DNA of 64,000 nt, taken from IMG/VR virus record IMGVR_UViG_3300021958_000042, positions 20,668-84,667 of that record. The stretch is one strand, 5' to 3'. Shown one piece after another: positions 38,373 through 50,000 of the stretch. The notes under the pieces were generated by a model. It saw only the letters and a program-made list of their open reading frames with translations, was not told the origin of the DNA and made no database searches. A program made the translations under genes and the position numbers. The stretch is from a virus. Its lineage: Duplodnaviria > Caudoviricetes. Within the stretch, counting starts at the first letter, position 1, and the number at the start of each line of letters is the position of its first letter.

Positions 38373-41300
38373 CTAACTCGCCAATGCAATCACTCTAAAA
38401 TCTTTTACTTTTGGTACAATAGAAGAATTATTTGTTTTCAAAACAATTTTGATAGAAACGGATGTAAATTCTGACAATCCTCTCAAATCAAAATCAAACT
38501 CTTTATAATCTTCTGGGCCAGTTGAAGCAATGTTATATGCAGCAGGGCGACTCATTAATGTATATGAAAGTTTAGAAAATAATTGATCTTCTGATGTTTT
38601 CACTCTATAATAAAAGTCAACATCACAACCATCCTGTCTATTCACTGATGCTAATACTCTCAGAGATGTTGCTGGTTGGTCTAATGTGACTTCTCTTGTC
38701 ATATATTTAGTCGCAACAGAACCACCAGCTGCAGAAGTTTCATCAACAAATCCAGTATTAACATGTCCAATAACTCCATCTGCTACATTAGCAGGACTAT
38801 TAGTTTGATTTGATATCAAGATTGCGCTCATACGTTGAGTGTCAATAATAGGAGATAAGTTGTCAACTTCTGTTCTCATTCCCACTCTAAATACCAAAGA
38901 TTTCTTATCTATAGGTGAAGAATCTGTATTAAATTCGTTTTCATTAAAGTATGTTGCAACCATCTTTGGGGATGTCAATTCATAATTTGTATTTGGAACA
39001 AATCCAGAATAAATTGGATCTTTTATGCCAGGAACTTGAGTAGAGTCTTGTGATGTTCCACTCAATCCTCTCATACCGAATGTCATCGAAGTTTTTGGTA
39101 ATTCGATATTTTGTATAATCGGTTTGATTAAATCATACTTAAAGTTTGAAGAAACTGTTGGAGGCGATGCAGTATTAGATTTTGGACTGAATAAATCATC
39201 CGTAGTTGGCAAAACACTACCATTATATGCAACTTGAGATGTAGAACTACCAATTGGATAAAAAGGATTTCTCAAATCAATTGTAAAACTATTATATGTT
39301 GTATCTGTAACCAAATGCGTTCCATTGAATGATTCTGAAGGAAATACTCCATAGGTTCCAAAGAAATTTTTCAAAGTAACATAATTATATCCATTTGATT
39401 GCCAAAATTTAGTTGCAACCATGCCGCCGCTATCTGATATAGAAAATGTTACTTTCGTTTCTCCGTTGAAAACTTTTAAAGAGTTTCTATTGAGCTTTTC
39501 TGCCCATAGATCATTTCCATTATCATCTCTTTCGCTATTTTGTAGATAGATTTCTGCTTGAGTATTCGTATCAAACTTTGCTCGCGAAACTCTAAACTTC
39601 AAATCTTCCATTTGATCGGCAGTCCATGTAGATGCGTTCTGAGACTTAAAGAAGACGCCCGCATATGGCTGTTGTGATATCTTACCACTACCGTCTAGAG
39701 AATCTTCTCCCATTCTTGCTACATGACATCTATATCCCTGCGTGTCTGCCATAATTACGATACAATATTCTGTCTCATCTTGTACATATATCGGCGATGG
39801 GAAAACAAAAGATGTTGGAAGAGTACCATCATCAGAAACCGCAGCGTTTTCTGGATACACAATAGACTGTCCTAATATTTTCGGGCCAGGATATCCATTA
39901 ACAGTTTGTCTTATCTGAACTGTTACTGGTTTTGTGGCATCTTTTGTTGAGAAAAATAATTCGACTGCAGTAATAAAACATCCACCATCTTGATTGATCA
40001 TGATAGTTTGTGCAAGAGGATCATACCAACCGCCTGCAGTAACTGTAGTGTTTATACTTGTATCTGTAATTGCCTCAGAATCACTAACCTCTCTAGTAGA
40101 GAAGTCTGGAAGTCTAGTGAGAATAATTTGATCTGCAACCGTTTCGATTGTGCCAGACGCAACATAAGTTGTCTGAGCTTCAGTATCGGTGTCCTGTGAA
40201 TTATTAGGCTGGTCAGACATCTTAAAGATTCTTTCACCAGTTTTGAATTTAATATTGTCTGAATTTGGAATAGAGAAAATACCAGAAACAAATCCAGAAG
40301 AGTCTGAAATTATAGAATCGCTTCCAGAAACAATCCCTGAAGCTTTCCATGTTCCAATATTTCTACTTCTTTCACCAGTTCCCTGATCTGGGTCTGGATA
40401 TACAATAAATATAGTCTCTCCTTCAGAAAACCCAAGAGAATCTGCATCCGTCTGCAAATGCAATCGCAAACTTCTGGCAGCAAGATAATTTATATCATAA
40501 ATTCTTGCCTCAGTATTAGTTGTTCCGCCGCGGATAAACACTTGCCCCAGATTATCTCTAACCAAACTTGGATTTTCTCTTCTCCATGTTGCAGTTGCAG
40601 CTGGAGTATCGGTGGTAGTAAGTTTTACGGTTGTTTTACAAAACTCAGAAACATCTACTCCATCAAAATATTGATATAGTTTTGTGTTTGGTTTTAATTT
40701 CTCTCCACTGAAATATACATCTCTGGCTCTGATAAACGGTATAATTTCTGTGCTTACAGTCCTAGTTCCAACACTCTCTCTATCATCTCGCATAGAAACT
40801 AATTGCTCTGTACCAGTTCTAGTTTTTTGTCCTGTCAGAGTAGTTGTAGTGATAGTTGTAGTTTCTTGTCTCACCAAACCAGCAGAGGCAACAATTGGAG
40901 TAACAACACTTGCAGTAGCGTTACTTCTATTTACTCTTCTAGTAGAAGCTGTAGAAGAATCATCTCTACCTGTCCAATTTTCTTCCCAACCATTCCACAT
41001 GGTTCCCATTACACCATCTTCTGGCAAAAGGGCTCCAAAGATATTATCATATTGTTCTCTTCTATCTGTAACAATATCTGGGGCCTGCTTTGTTTCTTTC
41101 CATTCGTCGGTTGAAGGGAACATAGAAATGCTTCCTCTAAATGTGAAGATTGCGAATGGGTTAACATTCACTGTTTTAGAAGATTTTTCTTGAGTAATTA
41201 AATATTCGCTAGTATATGGCAAATGGATTTTTTGTTCTTTGATAGCATAACCACTAGAGCTTCTTGCATCTAATGTCATATTTACCAATTTTTCTGAGAA

Positions 41301-44300
41301 GAATGGACGTAGAACACCTTCAGTTTTACTGATAGAGACTTTGTAATCTGGGTCAAATACATTACCAACTGTATGGTCTACAAACCTATCTACGATAAAT
41401 CCATTTTTAAATCTATCGTTTCCATTTTCATCCCTTACTGCCAAATCCATTGTATCTTTTTCTAGCATATTCAGAGATGTATAGTATTCTAGATTTTCAA
41501 TTCTTTTTTCTAACTTACCGATATCACGCATTGTATATCGTTTATTATCGCGCATCTTAGTTGCAACTGCCTTGGGCCCGACAGTATACGGATCAGATTC
41601 TAATTCATATAATACCATACCCTCTGATGGATCTTCAGGCATCGATGGATTTTCTGCTGGTGAACCATATTTCAATCTAACTCTTCCAAGCTTGTCCATG
41701 AATAGTTTATCTTTTCTCGCAAGGTAAACTCTGAGATCAGCACTCACTGCAGTACCATCAATTGGATAATCCGTTGCTGAGGAAACCATACCTCTTCCAA
41801 ATGGATATCCTGTAGTTTGTATATAGCTGGCAACAGGACGGAAATCTAAGACATCTGAAAGTCTATCAGAACCATAATATCCAATACTTGCATATCCATC
41901 AACATATGAGTCTACAGATGCATAATCTCCAACTCCATGGTTATAATATGAATATATTGCTATTGGTCTACCACCACAAGGAAGACTTCCTGGCTTCAGA
42001 TCCAATTCGCCCAATTGAATGATAGATGGTTTTTGTCCATCGAATAGATCATATCTGTCTGTGATATCATTGAGTTTAACAGGAACTTCTGTAGGATTTG
42101 TAATCAAATTTCCATTAGTCCAAGCATTATTGATTTCTGTAGTAAATGGATTTTGAATTCCGTCAACAACAAGCAATAATGCCAATTCCGTAAGAGAAGT
42201 TGTGACAGAGTTGTCTAAATTTATATTAAATGGAGACTGTCCAGTTTGTTCATAAAATTCATACGCCTTAAATGCAAATTCAAAATCTGCTGCAGTCATC
42301 TCATGAATGAATTTTTTGTTATCTGAGACAACTCCAGTTCTATATGCAACATTATTTACATTACATGTGTCATATAATTTTATCAACTCTCTAACATCTG
42401 CGTTCTGTAGTTGCAAATTAGATAAACTCATACTAACATCGCTATTTGCTCCAACAGAAAAACTAGGATTGACAGTTCCAGTGGATGCGCTACTATTGAC
42501 TCCCAATACATCTGCATCATATGAACTGGCTGTGTCATTAACGGCACCAACAGTATTATCATAATTGGCAGAATTGATTGCAGAACCTTCGATTCCAATA
42601 AGACTTAATGGAAGTTCGATATAATTTTTTACTAGAGTTTTTGTTTTTTCTTTTGCATTAGTCTTTTTCATGGGAACTAGTGCAGTAAATCCAGAAGTAA
42701 TAGCACCAGTACCTGTTACATCAAAAGAAACCGTTCTCAAGTCTGCAGCAAACGATAGGTTTTGTATGTATCCAACAAGTCCAGCAGTATCGCTTGAATT
42801 TGCACTAGAAAATATGCTATACAGTGCTGGAATATTTTCAAAATATGTATCTGCCTCTGTGGCAATTAGAGTAACAGTACCAGCAGGAAATGAAACTGAA
42901 TTGAATTGCTTCATCACAGAATATTGAGTGTCAATTGATGAAACACCTGTCAATTCATTTATGTTTCTTGCAGTCCGTACCCATTTTTTTCCAGTATCAA
43001 CTAAACTAGATCCGCTAGTGTTATGTAAAACAGATTTACTAAAAATTCTGGCAAGGACATTTCCAGTATCGGCCGTTTGAGAATTATTCCATGAAGCTGC
43101 ATTTGTAGTTGAAGTATCCGTAGAAGGTATTGCCTCGCTGATTAGTTCATTTGTTGTAAATGAGGCGGATGGTAATACTCCAGAACCTTCTGCTCCGGCA
43201 GTAATATTTCCAGAGTTTAAAGGTTTTATCAGCATGGTATTGGTTATATTATTGTGGTAATAATTAATACCTCTAAAGTTTACATTATATCTGTCGAATA
43301 TTAAACTCTTAGGAGTAAATCCACCCTGCACTTCAGTTAATTCTAATTGTGTCAGAATATTTCCGGCATTTTCATATATATCAGAACCAGAGTTGGAAAC
43401 TGTTGTTTCACTCACAATAGACCTTGCGTCGATCATCGTGTATGGTTGTGTTGTTCTAGGATTTAATTCATATTCAATATCATATAGATATACTTTGTAA
43501 ATTGCAGATTCTTTTGATTGTTCAATATCATCTGTTGGTCTGTAATTAGATTGTAGATAGTTGTTTAATCTTGCACTATCAGAAGACTCTGAAAAATATT
43601 CTACAGCTTTTACTTTTGCGGTTGCAATCACATCAGCACCATAAATGTTTGTTCCTAGAGTTGTTCCACCACCTTGGAAAAATACAGAAGTTGGGTTATA
43701 TGTTATTGTATGTAGATAATCTGCTTCACCAGAATCTATATTAGAATCTATGTTAATAAATTGATTAGATCCACTTTGTGACGAATGTACATTTACAAGG
43801 TTGACTGATTCATCAATTTTAAACAAACCTTTAGTATCTGTAACATATATGAACGCACCTAAGTTCACAGGCATGTACTTATTATTGATTTGATAGTTAT
43901 TTCTAGATTTATCAAATATTACATACTTAGATTGATTTGATGATGGTTTTCTTTCAATTTCATATCCTCGTACATATGCTTTACCGGCTTCCACCCCTAC
44001 CGCTAGTTTATCTCTAATTGCATCTAAAAGATTTTCATGGGTCTGGCCAGGATAGTATAACAATCCAGTGTTATCTAAAGTTTGTTCTGAATATGTAGTT
44101 AAATCTATAGTGGAAATTGTATGGGCTTGTCCTTCACCATTAACAACCATCCCCAAATCATCTGGAAAATTTTGCAGTGCAAAATCTTTGGCTGCTACCT
44201 CAGTTTCAAAAACTAAATCCGACATCGTATATACGCCGCCGTTATTATTTTCCTTGAAATATTCTCTAATATCTAATTTAAATGGACGAACTGTATAATC

Positions 44301-45314
44301 ACCAGACTCGTCATATGTTCTTCTAGCTAGTGTTTTCATCAATACAGAATAATCTGTAGAAGAAACATAATTACTAACAAATCCATTTCTGACTGCAATC
44401 AATTCAACAAAATTTGTAGTGTCAATTGCATCGTAATCTCTCTTAGTAAGAGTTAACTGAACTTTATATCTATCAGCGCCAGGAGAATTATAGTTAGTTG
44501 TTCCTAATGAATTATCTAAAAGGCTCGGATCGTCATTGTAATTAACTACAGATTCTGATATTTCTAAACCAATTTTATATGATGGTGTGTTTGAGTATTT
44601 GTCAAGAATCAAACTCTGAGATGAAACTCGTACCAGATTTCCATTGACATAATACACGCCCTCTTCGATAAACGCTTGCGAGCCGATTCCAATTGGATTT
44701 TGTACAGTTGAAGATGTTTGAACCGTACAAACTAAATTCACCCCATCAGTTGTTGTTGCAACGAGCTCTTCTCCCTCAACGAAAGTGGAAGTCTGCCCTT
44801 CAGAAATTGTTACAGTTTCTCCATTTACAGTAAATGATGCAGTACCACCATCTAGTATGTTTACTGTTGTTCCATCACTAAATGTTGTAGAACCAGAAGT
44901 TGTACCGTCCAAATACTTCAAGTATAATGTTGTAAACTCATCATTATCACCATCAATAACATCATCATTATTCAAATCAACTTCATCAGAATAATTGACA
45001 ACCAATGCACGTATGCCTGTGCTTTTTCCCTGTACTATCTTTCCCACAAAACCATTGGCAGTAGAAAGTGTTCCGTTAAGAGAAACTTTGACATAATTTG
45101 CCTTTAAGTCCAACGCGGCCTGGCCAGGAATTACCATTGCTCCTTCTTTGAAGAAATGGTCTGATAAATTTGATATTTGCCCCTGCAAAATACTTTGCAG
45201 TTGGGTCATCTCTCTTGCCTGAACAGAATTGCCGGGCTTGAATAGTATTTTTAGATAACCCTTATTTACGTCAAAATCATCAAAATAGGGGGTGACATTA
45301 AGATTTAAGGCCAT
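38373..45314 (-). CDS. 2313-aa DUF4815/VrlC-like baseplate-associated structural protein
   Basis: NLNVTPYFDDFD...LFKPG..VQARE.TQLQSILQ.QI, LARRTYDESGDY.V, GKAYVRGYEI, RYTMRDIGKLEKRIENLEYYTSL, RFKNGFIVD, VNPFAIF, DPLAQT, FFKSQNASTWT.DQ.EDLKF. Confidence 0.9.
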   Translation of the reverse strand: MALNLNVTPYFDDFDVNKGYLKILFKPGNSVQAREMTQLQSILQGQISNLSDHFFKEGAMVIPGQAALDLKANYVKVSLNGTLSTANGFVGKIVQGKSTGIRALVVNYSDEVDLNNDDVIDGDNDEFTTLYLKYLDGTTSGSTTFSDGTTVNILDGGTASFTVNGETVTISEGQTSTFVEGEELVATTTDGVNLVCTVQTSSTVQNPIGIGSQAFIEEGVYYVNGNLVRVSSQSLILDKYSNTPSYKIGLEISESVVNYNDDPSLLDNSLGTTNYNSPGADRYKVQLTLTKRDYDAIDTTNFVELIAVRNGFVSNYVSSTDYSVLMKTLARRTYDESGDYTVRPFKLDIREYFKENNNGGVYTMSDLVFETEVAAKDFALQNFPDDLGMVVNGEGQAHTISTIDLTTYSEQTLDNTGLLYYPGQTHENLLDAIRDKLAVGVEAGKAYVRGYEIERKPSSNQSKYVIFDKSRNNYQINNKYMPVNLGAFIYVTDTKGLFKIDESVNLVNVHSSQSGSNQFINIDSNIDSGEADYLHTITYNPTSVFFQGGGTTLGTNIYGADVIATAKVKAVEYFSESSDSARLNNYLQSNYRPTDDIEQSKESAIYKVYLYDIEYELNPRTTQPYTMIDARSIVSETTVSNSGSDIYENAGNILTQLELTEVQGGFTPKSLIFDRYNVNFRGINYYHNNITNTMLIKPLNSGNITAGAEGSGVLPSASFTTNELISEAIPSTDTSTTNAASWNNSQTADTGNVLARIFSKSVLHNTSGSSLVDTGKKWVRTARNINELTGVSSIDTQYSVMKQFNSVSFPAGTVTLIATEADTYFENIPALYSIFSSANSSDTAGLVGYIQNLSFAADLRTVSFDVTGTGAITSGFTALVPMKKTNAKEKTKTLVKNYIELPLSLIGIEGSAINSANYDNTVGAVNDTASSYDADVLGVNSSASTGTVNPSFSVGANSDVSMSLSNLQLQNADVRELIKLYDTCNVNNVAYRTGVVSDNKKFIHEMTAADFEFAFKAYEFYEQTGQSPFNINLDNSVTTSLTELALLLVVDGIQNPFTTEINNAWTNGNLITNPTEVPVKLNDITDRYDLFDGQKPSIIQLGELDLKPGSLPCGGRPIAIYSYYNHGVGDYASVDSYVDGYASIGYYGSDRLSDVLDFRPVASYIQTTGYPFGRGMVSSATDYPIDGTAVSADLRVYLARKDKLFMDKLGRVRLKYGSPAENPSMPEDPSEGMVLYELESDPYTVGPKAVATKMRDNKRYTMRDIGKLEKRIENLEYYTSLNMLEKDTMDLAVRDENGNDRFKNGFIVDRFVDHTVGNVFDPDYKVSISKTEGVLRPFFSEKLVNMTLDARSSSGYAIKEQKIHLPYTSEYLITQEKSSKTVNVNPFAIFTFRGSISMFPSTDEWKETKQAPDIVTDRREQYDNIFGALLPEDGVMGTMWNGWEENWTGRDDSSTASTRRVNRSNATASVVTPIVASAGLVRQETTTITTTTLTGQKTRTGTEQLVSMRDDRESVGTRTVSTEIIPFIRARDVYFSGEKLKPNTKLYQYFDGVDVSEFCKTTVKLTTTDTPAATATWRRENPSLVRDNLGQVFIRGGTTNTEARIYDINYLAARSLRLHLQTDADSLGFSEGETIFIVYPDPDQGTGERSRNIGTWKASGIVSGSDSIISDSSGFVSGIFSIPNSDNIKFKTGERIFKMSDQPNNSQDTDTEAQTTYVASGTIETVADQIILTRLPDFSTREVSDSEAITDTSINTTVTAGGWYDPLAQTIMINQDGGCFITAVELFFSTKDATKPVTVQIRQTVNGYPGPKILGQSIVYPENAAVSDDGTLPTSFVFPSPIYVQDETEYCIVIMADTQGYRCHVARMGEDSLDGSGKISQQPYAGVFFKSQNASTWTADQMEDLKFRVSRAKFDTNTQAEIYLQNSERDDNGNDLWAEKLNRNSLKVFNGETKVTFSISDSGGMVATKFWQSNGYNYVTLKNFFGTYGVFPSESFNGTHLVTDTTYNSFTIDLRNPFYPIGSSTSQVAYNGSVLPTTDDLFSPKSNTASPPTVSSNFKYDLIKPIIQNIELPKTSMTFGMRGLSGTSQDSTQVPGIKDPIYSGFVPNTNYELTSPKMVATYFNENEFNTDSSPIDKKSLVFRVGMRTEVDNLSPIIDTQRMSAILISNQTNSPANVADGVIGHVNTGFVDETSAAGGSVATKYMTREVTLDQPATSLRVLASVNRQDGCDVDFYYRVKTSEDQLFSKLSYTLMSRPAAYNIASTGPEDYKEFDFDLRGLSEFTSVSIKIVLKTNNSSIVPKVKDFRVIALAS

Positions 45315-45335
45315 ATTTTCTTTCTCTCAATTTAA

Positions 45336-47006
45336 TTAAAATTCAAAGACAACTTTGATATCTTCGATCTGGTCGATTGCTCTAGCCACTGGCTGTCTGT
45401 TTTCTGTATAAAGTACTTTGCCAGAACCAGTCAAAATATCAAATGGTTCTTCGTCGGCAGTTCCAAAATCTGGGTGTTTTGGTCCTCTGTAAGATTCTTC
45501 AGTTGCTGGTGGATTATCAGTAGTTGCCTCTTGAGGATCGGCCACAATTGCGATTTGTCTGAACTGAGCCTCATCACCAGAAACAGGGAAGATAACTTTG
45601 GTTTCAGAATTTCCTAAACTATTGTCTCTAGTCGATTGTTCGTCATATTCCAACCGCATAGAAATCATAACATAATACCCAGCCAGTTCTTCTATTGCAT
45701 TATATCCATGGCCATAATCTGGAGAAATGATCGGTTTCACTTTACATGCATTCACATTTGGATTTCCATTGCTATCCACTGCGGGCACATTAGAAGTATC
45801 GATGTCTGCAGAATCTACTGCGCTCCAGTTTGCACCTTTAGCAGTGATTACCATGCTAGAAATTTTATCAATAGTAACAATACCATATGCGCTGAATCCT
45901 GCACCATTGCCGGCAACTGAAACGCCAGGCGCAATGATAACATTTCTATCAGCGCCACCAGTAAAGGAACCATTGACTGTTACTGCTGCTGTAGTTCCAG
46001 TTATGTTCCACTGTGTGATTTCAAACTGTTCATTATTTCCCAAATCGATTACAAAATATTTTGTGTAATCAAGAGATGTATTAGATATATTAGGAATAGA
46101 TAAAGTATTTCCTGTTAATGCTATTCCAGTTTTATTAATATTCGGGTGATATCCAGACCCCCCAGATACAGCACCACCCACTTCATTTGGTTCGATTTTG
46201 ATCCACTCAATTTCGCCATCTACTCCGGCAGCATTTTGTTGAATTTGCCATTGCACATATTCTGCACTAGAAACATCCACTGGCTCATATAAAATTGTAT
46301 CAACTGGAATATAATCTTTTGTTAAAAACTTTAATGCATCCGACAGTTCAATTGAATACATGTACTTCCAAACATATCCATCAGAAGTTTCTTGAAATTC
46401 AGTAGTAGAGGTTGAAGTAGGTTTGACAGTAGATGCAACCGTTTGCACACCTACAGCATCATCTACATATGCTCTGTTATTAATACATTTATACACATTA
46501 TATTGATTTCCAGAATCTGTTACAACATAATTGTTTGGAATGATTTCTTCTGGGGAATCATGTTCGAACATAGTATAAACTCTACCAGAAGTCCAATTAA
46601 TTCTTGGAATTGCAAGAGTCATATCTGCATAGTTTACTTTTTTCATAGCGATAGTATCTGCGTTCACACTATAACCATAACCAATAGAATCTTGTGGAGT
46701 TGGTGGATTTGCATCATTAGTCCATGGAGTATGTTTTGCAACTGACATATACAAATTATTGTACACTGCCAGACCTTGATGTATCCATGTAACTGTACCA
46801 TCAGTCAATGAAGATGGTGTCGGGCCGGTTCCAGTTGCCGCTGAAGTGCCTGTAGCCACTGCGACAAAGAGATTTCTATTGTTTACAACCGAATCGCCAG
46901 CACTATATGATTGGTTAGTATTCCAAACTGGGGCTGAACGATTTATTGATTGCAAAAATTCTTGAGCGTTAAAAATTCTCAATTTATTTGTGATAATTGC
47001 TGCCAT
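45336..47006 (-). CDS. gp8: Baseplate wedge subunit gp8
   Basis: MAAIIT..LRI.NA..F, IPRINWTSG..Y, YNVYKCI.N, DGYVWKYMYSI, GSGY, GHG..A..EL, FRQIAIV.DP, SGKVLY.ENR.PV.RA.DQ.EDIKVV.EF. Confidence 0.92.
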   Translation of the reverse strand: MAAIITNKLRIFNAQEFLQSINRSAPVWNTNQSYSAGDSVVNNRNLFVAVATGTSAATGTGPTPSSLTDGTVTWIHQGLAVYNNLYMSVAKHTPWTNDANPPTPQDSIGYGYSVNADTIAMKKVNYADMTLAIPRINWTSGRVYTMFEHDSPEEIIPNNYVVTDSGNQYNVYKCINNRAYVDDAVGVQTVASTVKPTSTSTTEFQETSDGYVWKYMYSIELSDALKFLTKDYIPVDTILYEPVDVSSAEYVQWQIQQNAAGVDGEIEWIKIEPNEVGGAVSGGSGYHPNINKTGIALTGNTLSIPNISNTSLDYTKYFVIDLGNNEQFEITQWNITGTTAAVTVNGSFTGGADRNVIIAPGVSVAGNGAGFSAYGIVTIDKISSMVITAKGANWSAVDSADIDTSNVPAVDSNGNPNVNACKVKPIISPDYGHGYNAIEELAGYYVMISMRLEYDEQSTRDNSLGNSETKVIFPVSGDEAQFRQIAIVADPQEATTDNPPATEESYRGPKHPDFGTADEEPFDILTGSGKVLYTENRQPVARAIDQIEDIKVVFEF

Positions 47007-47039
47007 GTTTTTACCTTTTGAATCTTTGTAAGTTTGTAC

Positions 47040-47047
47040 TATTTATA
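47040..47047 (-). promoter_or_regulatory. T4-type late promoter TATAAATA (for gp8 and downstream genes)
   Basis: Perfect octamer in the gp7-gp8 gap. Confidence 0.7.
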
Positions 47048-47053
47048 ATCTTT

Positions 47054-50000
47054 TTAATCGACTAAAGTAGAACTTATTATAATATTTAATTCCTCTACAC
47101 TAGAAGGAGATGAATTGTATGTTACAATATTGGATTCCGATGCAAAATTAGATTTATCATGCAGTCCGCCAGGAACTGCATACTTCCCAAAAGTATTTAA
47201 ATATAGTTCATTTTCATCAAAATCTATTCTGTCAACATTATAATCCAACATCTGTACCTTCTCATTAAACTTTGCCCTTTCAACTGATAAGTTAGTTGGG
47301 CCCATTCTTTTTCTTGTACTAGAATTTGGTTCTTCTTCACTCATGACCAAATAAACGGGATTTAAATCTACATGTGAATCTAATACTGCTCTGTATTTTC
47401 TATCCGATTTTTCAGTTATTTCTGATATTCTAGTATTCGTCCATTTATGATCTGTTCCATCTGTATTCGCAATCCATTCATCATCACCATCTACTTCTAC
47501 TGGCAAGAAATACCACATATTATATTGTGTTGGTCTTCTTGCAACATGTGTCAAAGTATTACCTTGTATCAATTTTCTTCTATTTAGCCACGGAGATGTA
47601 TACATTTCTGCCTGTGGACTGAACAAATATGGAGAAAGGTTTTGCCAAGGAAAAGATGCAGTAAAGTAAAACTTAAATCTTTCTAGAGAACGGTAAGTTG
47701 TGTGTAGAGTTGGAACATCTCCTTCTTTATTATTGTTATATCTTCCAGAAATATTTATGATCATTTTTTCATCTCTTGGATTGGCACCATCTGCCGTAGA
47801 ACCTATCCAATGATTTGGTTGTCTATCAACATTTCCTCTAAATATATTATCCCATCTGAACTCCACTCTATTTTCTGGAGATAGATTTGGCATAGTCTTA
47901 TAATGTCGTAAGTATTTAACGCTAAGAATTGCATATCTATCTTCAACATCATCATCAAATTCTACAGAAGTAACTTCATATTTACCCCAAGGCCGAGTAT
48001 TCAACCATTCATCACTTGTAATATTTGCATCTGAAGTATCATATACAGTAAAGTTATTTCCAATGATTTCAGATTCATAATAATTTGCATTATCGGTGCC
48101 GAAGGCATCTTTATAATTCAATGCAATTTTTTCCACTAAATTCCAATCTAGGGCATCTGCATTTGAGCTATCTAAAAGTGCATATCTACCCGAGCCGGTA
48201 TCGACAGATGCAGCGCCAATAGTATCATCAGATATTTCGCCAGTACCAACACCGGCATATAATCCATCAATCATACTATCGATTGTTGGTTGTCTATTGT
48301 CATATGTAACTCGTATTCCATGCGAATTTAAATTGTTTGTATCTTGAACATCAGAGTGTCCATAAGTCCATCTTCCCAAACCATCCATATTTTTGACTTT
48401 AAGATTAATATTTTTGATAATCTCATAAATCAACTGACTCCATGCAGAGTTTGTAGTTCTTCTCAGGCCTGCCGTAGTAGTTATAGAATATTCACCAAAC
48501 ATCATCATACCAGCTGGGTGTAGAACCTTTTTAACTATTTTTCTCCACTCATCAATATATCTTCCAACTTTTATAACATAAGAATAGTCTTGCCATAGAT
48601 AACTATCCGTAATTCTATTATTATCAGATAAGAACCCTTGATCGTTTATATATGCACCCTCTCTTACACAAAGAGGGCCTGTCTTGACTGTTACTTGTGC
48701 ATCTCCATTACCTATGCTTGAAAGGTCTATCGTGGGTGCTGTGTCATATCCTACTCCAAAGCCATCATATTCATCTTGGATATCACTTTCAAATATCTTT
48801 ACCTTACTAATTCCACCAATAGAACTTCCCATACCTTTGAAAAATGCTCCATCGCCCTGTGAGGAATAACTTAGAGTTTTATTCCTCACATAACCATATG
48901 GTTGTCTAATATAATTAGCACCTTTGCTTATAAGTCTTGTTCCAGAAACTCCAGCAGGAGGCCGCGCAGAATATTTAACTCTTAACGAATGGCCATCTGG
49001 TAAGTTGTATGTAGAATATATTCCAGTAGCATCAGCATGACGCAGTGAAATTTTATTACCAGCAGCTGCGTTTGTGTTGTCGTATATAATATATTCAACA
49101 TCATCTTCAATATTAGAATATGAAGAAACTTTTACTATGTCACCCTCAGATAGTCCACTATTAAAAATTATCTGCTCACCGTCTGTTGCAGTAAAGTTTG
49201 TATTTGATACATCATTAACTAATATATTGACTTGGAGTGATGCATCATATTCAAGGGCGAATATGGTCTGGCCCTGATCTGCTGTAAAAGTATTTTGCTG
49301 TTGTGTAGAGTTTCTTATAGTTCTATAACTAGGAACAGGATTTACATGAATAGGATTTAATCCGTTACCACTTATTGGATTTTCTGTACCCCTATCTTCA
49401 ACTAAGATATCTCCATCTCCATTTATTGGCTGTTCTTCATATCTCTGTCCTTTGGTAAATCTCATACTACCAAAGAAACCTAGAGTATAATCGAACATAA
49501 CATAATCTGCACTCACTTCTTGTCTTGCGCCAACATAAAAGTTAGTTCCAGATGAATACTGTAACATATTAACACTTGAAATTGTGTCTTCTTTTTTGCC
49601 ATCTACATATAATGTAGTACTGACATTCGAGAAATGAATAGCGATATGATGCCACTTTCCAAATTCCAATTGGGCAGAAGTTAATTGATTTCCGTTACCA
49701 TCTTCCAATAATAATGTTCCGTCTGGGCGTTGCCAGAGAATTGATTTCTGTTCTCCAGTATCTTCAACATTAAAAGAGAATAAAGTTCCGCCCGGCGATG
49801 ATAGATCGGTAACTGATACCGATTTTCTAAAATACCAAAAGTCCAGTGTCAATTCACCAGAAGTTAATTTTTCATCCAGTAATACATCAATATCATTGGT
49901 TCTCGTATAGCCAAAATCTGTGAATAGTGCGTTATCACCCACTCTAGATAATCCGGCTACAAAATTATCTTTAATCCACTGATATCCCAATCTTTGTCCA

